Assembly (NCBI GenBank): GCA_000708835.1
Contig: DF237218.1
Coordinates: 53,233-117,232 of the forward strand
DNA: 64,000 bases
Direction of reading: 5' to 3'
From: Klebsormidium nitens
Taxonomy: Eukaryota; Plantae; Klebsormidiophyceae
The notes beneath the pieces are model-generated. The model was not told where the DNA came from. It made no database searches and saw nothing but the letters and a program-made list of their open reading frames with translations. Numbering within the stretch: position 1 is the stretch's first letter; each line of letters begins with the position of its first letter. Positions 59,825 through 64,000 of the stretch are shown piece after piece. The translations under genes and the position numbers were made by a program.

Positions 59825-61830
59825 ATGTGGAAAGTATACTTCCCTGGCACGGTATGCAGGCGAAGTGATACACACACGGACTCCCAGTACTCGAATTTGC
59901 CCCATGGCGATAAGCTGAGGGACACAGATTCGCCCCGAAATCAAAACAGCAACAATTATAATGAGGACCCTAAGTCCTTCGGCCACCACTCGAGTCGCTT
60001 TTGGACGTAAAACACCGACCAGTGCTCGCGTCCACTTCAACCGCATCAATAATGAGGCAAGACTAGATGAGATCAGCGCATATTCACATGGTCTGCAATC
60101 AGGCAAACACATTGATGCGCTTTGTGCATGCAGGAGATCTGATAAACACGGGCACTTGGTTTGTCGTGCCCAGGTAATCAGGTAGAAAGAAGATTCCAGG
60201 TGAATGGGCTTTCAAAAAGAAGAAGAAGCAACTCCGGCATCAGCGGAGGGCAAAGCAGATTCTACTTGCAGCTTTAGCTTTTCTCAGCCCGCAGCCTTCA
60301 AAGACCATTTCTTTGAGGAAGTTCGGGCATAAGCATGGCCACAGGACACACGATTTGAGGGCTTGTTCAGTCAAAGTGGAAAAAGAAAACAGTACAACGC
60401 AAAATTAGTACAACCGCCTCCAATGGCTGCTGTTGTGTGTTTGGATACAGGTTGCGACGTAACGTCATACGAGTGTGTAATTGTAGCATCGCTCTTAAAA
60501 ACGGCGTTCAAAACGTGGTGTAGAGCTGATAAATCATCATGTTAAAGACAGGGCTAAGAAGCCCTCTTTCTGCCAAAAATGTGAAACGGCGACCGACAGA
60601 AAAATTGCAAAAAGAACCTCCGATGGTTTTGACGGCCGAGTCCCGCTTCAAAAGGCGGAGGCTTGCAAAGACGACCCTGATCAACGGCTTCGTAGGTACC
60701 AGAGCTCGCCGACGAGATGGGGTCATCTTACCTCAGAATTCACAGGCTCCAGTTCTTGGAAATCAGCGCTTTGTGGCTGCATGCAAGACGGGAGTTAAGA
60801 AACGAAGGGGCCGGAAGACATCGTCGGTTGAACGAGAGGCATCCCGCACAGCCAATAAGGAAGGTCACACCACTCCCCGGACCCATAATTGTTCTCCATC
60901 TCGGCCTCCTTGTGATACCGAGCAACCCAGAAGCGACTCCTCAGATCCTGCAACGCCGTTTACGTACACCTCAGCACGCTTTGATCAAGGCCACTGCGAG
61001 AGAGGATAACGTGCTGTAGAAGAAGGTGCAACTTCGGGACGACAGCCCTTACAATGCTTTCTTCAGAGCTGCAAATCTGTACACCCGAAAGATCCAATCT
61101 TCTTATTGAGGACTGATCTAATTCCACCTTTTTGATGACAAGCTTCTGACCGTGACTTAGAACGCTTGACAGGCAGTCCGTTCAAGGGACTTCGCTACGT
61201 TCAGTTATGAGTTTACAGAAAAGCATCGACCAAGTTTCGAGGCTTTGCTCCTCAATGATAAAGCATATCAGGACTCGTGTTTGCGAGTCGCCAAAATCTA
61301 AAGGAAATGCAATCCGACTGGAACATCGTAAGGACCACAATTGTATAGCTTTCTTGCAACCTGACGCAGAGAGAAAGTAAACCTGCCAGAACTTGCTTTG
61401 ATTTGTATCCACAAAGGGCAGAGGGTTGTGCTTTGGTGTGAGCATACTTGAATGTTCGCATAAGGACAGCGAGTCAGGTCTTGATCAGAACGCTCGAAAG
61501 ACGGAAACGATCGCATAAATTCATCGACAACTTCACAATTCCCGCAACCTGCTTGGGGTCCTCTTAAACCAACTTCCGACTAAGCCAACGAGCAGCAACT
61601 CATCCCGCCTATTCAGATGTCGCAGGCCAGGAACTGAAACAGTGTCAGCTGCTCAACCATTGGTACTGAAATTGTCATAGGTAACCGTCAGCAAGCTGTC
61701 GTGGAGTTGACCCAAAACGAGTGCCCGAGTCACTGCGCTGGCTCAGTCGAGACCAGAGTTCCCATGAGCCGAGCTCAAGAATTTCGTTAGCCAGGTGTGC
61801 GAATTACGAGAAACAAGAACAATAGATACT
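59825..61830 (+). mobile_element. Decayed group II intron-type RT/maturase/HNH ORF (copy 9)
   Basis: WKVY...LPHGD (59828-59910), TRVAFGRKTP (~59990), ctc-c-ggc atc (LGI) then RRAKQILLAAL (~60235-60277), FE..FG..GHRTHDL (~60312-60358), VCLDTG (~60435), LPQNSQAPVLGN (~60728), IR-WN (~61315), QNECPSHC..VETRVPMSRA and KNFVSQVC (~61713-61800). Confidence 0.7.
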
Positions 61831-62039
61831 GTGTGTCTACAACGTGGTTTGAATCTGGTAAGTAATGAAGACGCGTCAACGACAACCAGCTGGCGGGCGA
61901 GCCTGTCTTCTGACGGAAAAAGTATCAATGGTGGTATGAACTTCCATTTTTGGACCCCTTTTTGAACTCTTTCATATACATGTCAATACTCGTACATTCA
62001 TTCTTCATTTTTATCCTTAGGGCGGAGCCCGGGAATCCC

Positions 62040-62492
62040 GTACACTCCTCAGGTACCGTGCCTGTACCGTTCCGTTCCCCGGGCACTACCTTTGTGTAAA
62101 CAGAGCCAGCTGTTCCAGAAGTTCAGGGTTCAGAAGAACCCTGAATGAACGTATCTTGAAGCCCGGTCCAAATTTCAAATTGTTGGGCCGGCCGGGCCCA
62201 CGGCCCGGACCAAGTTCTAGAAATTCAGGGTTCAGGAGAACCCTGAAAGAAAAATAATTGAAGCCCGGTTCCAAATCATATACAAGTGCCAGGCCGGCCG
62301 GGCCCACGGGCCCACGGGCCCCGGTTCCGGAAATTTAGGGTTCAGGAGAACCCTGAATGAACGCAATTTGAAGCCCGGTTCATATCATGTATAAGTGTCA
62401 GGCCGGCCGGGCCCACGGCCCGGGCCCCCGGTTCCAGAAGTTCAGGGTTCTCCTGAACCCTGAATGAAATGTACCTGAAGCCCGGTCCAAAT
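62040..62492. repeat. Tandem ~120-bp repeat with internal palindrome TTCAGGGTTCAGGAGAACCCTGAA and GGCCC-rich blocks
   Basis: The unit recurs at ~62122, 62226, 62336 and 62440 (last copy inverted), and again at ~63398 beyond the gap. Confidence 0.9.
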
Positions 62493-63331
62493 NNNNNNNN
62501 NNNNNNNNNNNNNNNNNNNNNNNNNNNNNNNNNNNNNNNNNNNNNNNNNNNNNNNNNNNNNNNNNNNNNNNNNNNNNNNNNNNNNNNNNNNNNNNNNNNN
62601 NNNNNNNNNNNNNNNNNNNNNNNNNNNNNNNNNNNNNNNNNNNNNNNNNNNNNNNNNNNNNNNNNNNNNNNNNNNNNNNNNNNNNNNNNNNNNNNNNNNN
62701 NNNNNNNNNNNNNNNNNNNNNNNNNNNNNNNNNNNNNNNNNNNNNNNNNNNNNNNNNNNNNNNNNNNNNNNNNNNNNNNNNNNNNNNNNNNNNNNNNNNN
62801 NNNNNNNNNNNNNNNNNNNNNNNNNNNNNNNNNNNNNNNNNNNNNNNNNNNNNNNNNNNNNNNNNNNNNNNNNNNNNNNNNNNNNNNNNNNNNNNNNNNN
62901 NNNNNNNNNNNNNNNNNNNNNNNNNNNNNNNNNNNNNNNNNNNNNNNNNNNNNNNNNNNNNNNNNNNNNNNNNNNNNNNNNNNNNNNNNNNNNNNNNNNN
63001 NNNNNNNNNNNNNNNNNNNNNNNNNNNNNNNNNNNNNNNNNNNNNNNNNNNNNNNNNNNNNNNNNNNNNNNNNNNNNNNNNNNNNNNNNNNNNNNNNNNN
63101 NNNNNNNNNNNNNNNNNNNNNNNNNNNNNNNNNNNNNNNNNNNNNNNNNNNNNNNNNNNNNNNNNNNNNNNNNNNNNNNNNNNNNNNNNNNNNNNNNNNN
63201 NNNNNNNNNNNNNNNNNNNNNNNNNNNNNNNNNNNNNNNNNNNNNNNNNNNNNNNNNNNNNNNNNNNNNNNNNNNNNNNNNNNNNNNNNNNNNNNNNNNN
63301 NNNNNNNNNNNNNNNNNNNNNNNNNNNNNNN
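62493..63331. other. Assembly gap (839 N)
   Basis: Run of N flanked on both sides by the same repeat family. Confidence 1.
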
Positions 63332-64000
63332 TCGGTCGATCCAAATCATATGTAAGTGTCGGGCTAGCCGGGGCCACGGGCCCCCCGGTTCCAGAAGTTC
63401 AGGGTTCAGGAGAACCCTGAATGAACCATCCCTGAAGCCGGTACCAACATTTCATGGTCACGTGCAACAAGTACGAGTACAGCGGTACCCTCAAGCTTGG
63501 CGGTTGTTTGTATTTTTTGGTGTTTAACATGTTCTGTGTTTCTGGTGTATGTCCGTGGAATATTGGAATATGTAGCAATTACCATTTTTCTTGCCAGAAC
63601 GGTCAAGACCTTCTTGGTCACCTATACTGAGCTAGCCCGAAAGCTGATACTACTCGATATGATCTGGCGATGTTAGTAATTTTTGGTGTTTAACATAATT
63701 CGAGTTCTTTGTGTAGTCGCTCGAGTACAAAAGTCGCATACGGTACCGTACTAAGGTACCGATACCGGTCCGGACTCCGCATGCTGTACAGTACCAGCTA
63801 CCAAACTCAGTACCCAAACCGTACCTCATAGGTAGGTATACCGGTACGGGTGGGTCGTACCCACAGAGTCGGTACCTATACCGGTACAAAACCGGTACCT
63901 ACCGGTACTACCAATTGGCGTGCGCGCCCAACAGGAAAGTACGGTAGGTACTGGTACCGACCTCAGACCACGCTGCAGGGCGAGGCGTGTACGGTACGGT
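63332..64000. repeat. Continuation of the palindromic repeat plus a GGTACC-rich low-complexity block
   Basis: A further TTCAGGGTTCAGGAGAACCCTGAA copy near 63398; many GGTAC/GTACC motifs at 63740-64000, as also seen at 62050-62085. Confidence 0.8.

Noticed and set aside
62342-63527. Three 311-352 aa ORFs in the track
   Set aside because: They are only translations through the N gap.

Overview
Eukaryotic, GC-rich, intron-rich nuclear DNA. It looks like a streptophyte green alga such as Klebsormidium; this is inferred from plant-type proteins, GT-AG introns and repeat style. 0-11 kb: the first two exons of an RRP14/SURF6-like gene running off the left edge, and a phase-consistent 7-exon F-box-like + RCC1-repeat gene resembling Arabidopsis At3g26100. 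A ~1.85 kb Cys-rich/low-complexity exon upstream of the RCC1 gene can splice onto it in frame, and three places in this locus carry short tandem copies of exon ends or splice acceptors. 16-39 kb and 55-62 kb have no intact ORFs. Reading across stops and frameshifts, I find about nine heavily decayed ~2.1-2.4 kb units, plus two 5' fragments, each carrying group II intron RT/maturase motifs in the expected order (RT0, LAVRRV, RPLGIP, YGFRPGR, DADI, PQG, YADD, FLG, domain X, HNH). Some are followed by domain V/VI-like sequence. This motif reading was done by eye and needs profile-HMM confirmation. 39-54.5 kb: a tandem array of six intronless F-box-like paralogs (3 intact, 3 broken, one by a TA-TSD MITE). 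Also present: a ~1 kb non-autonomous CACTA-type element carrying a tRNA-like fragment, a repeat-filled TIR element, a perfect 47-bp hairpin, and a palindromic tandem repeat around an 839-nt N gap.
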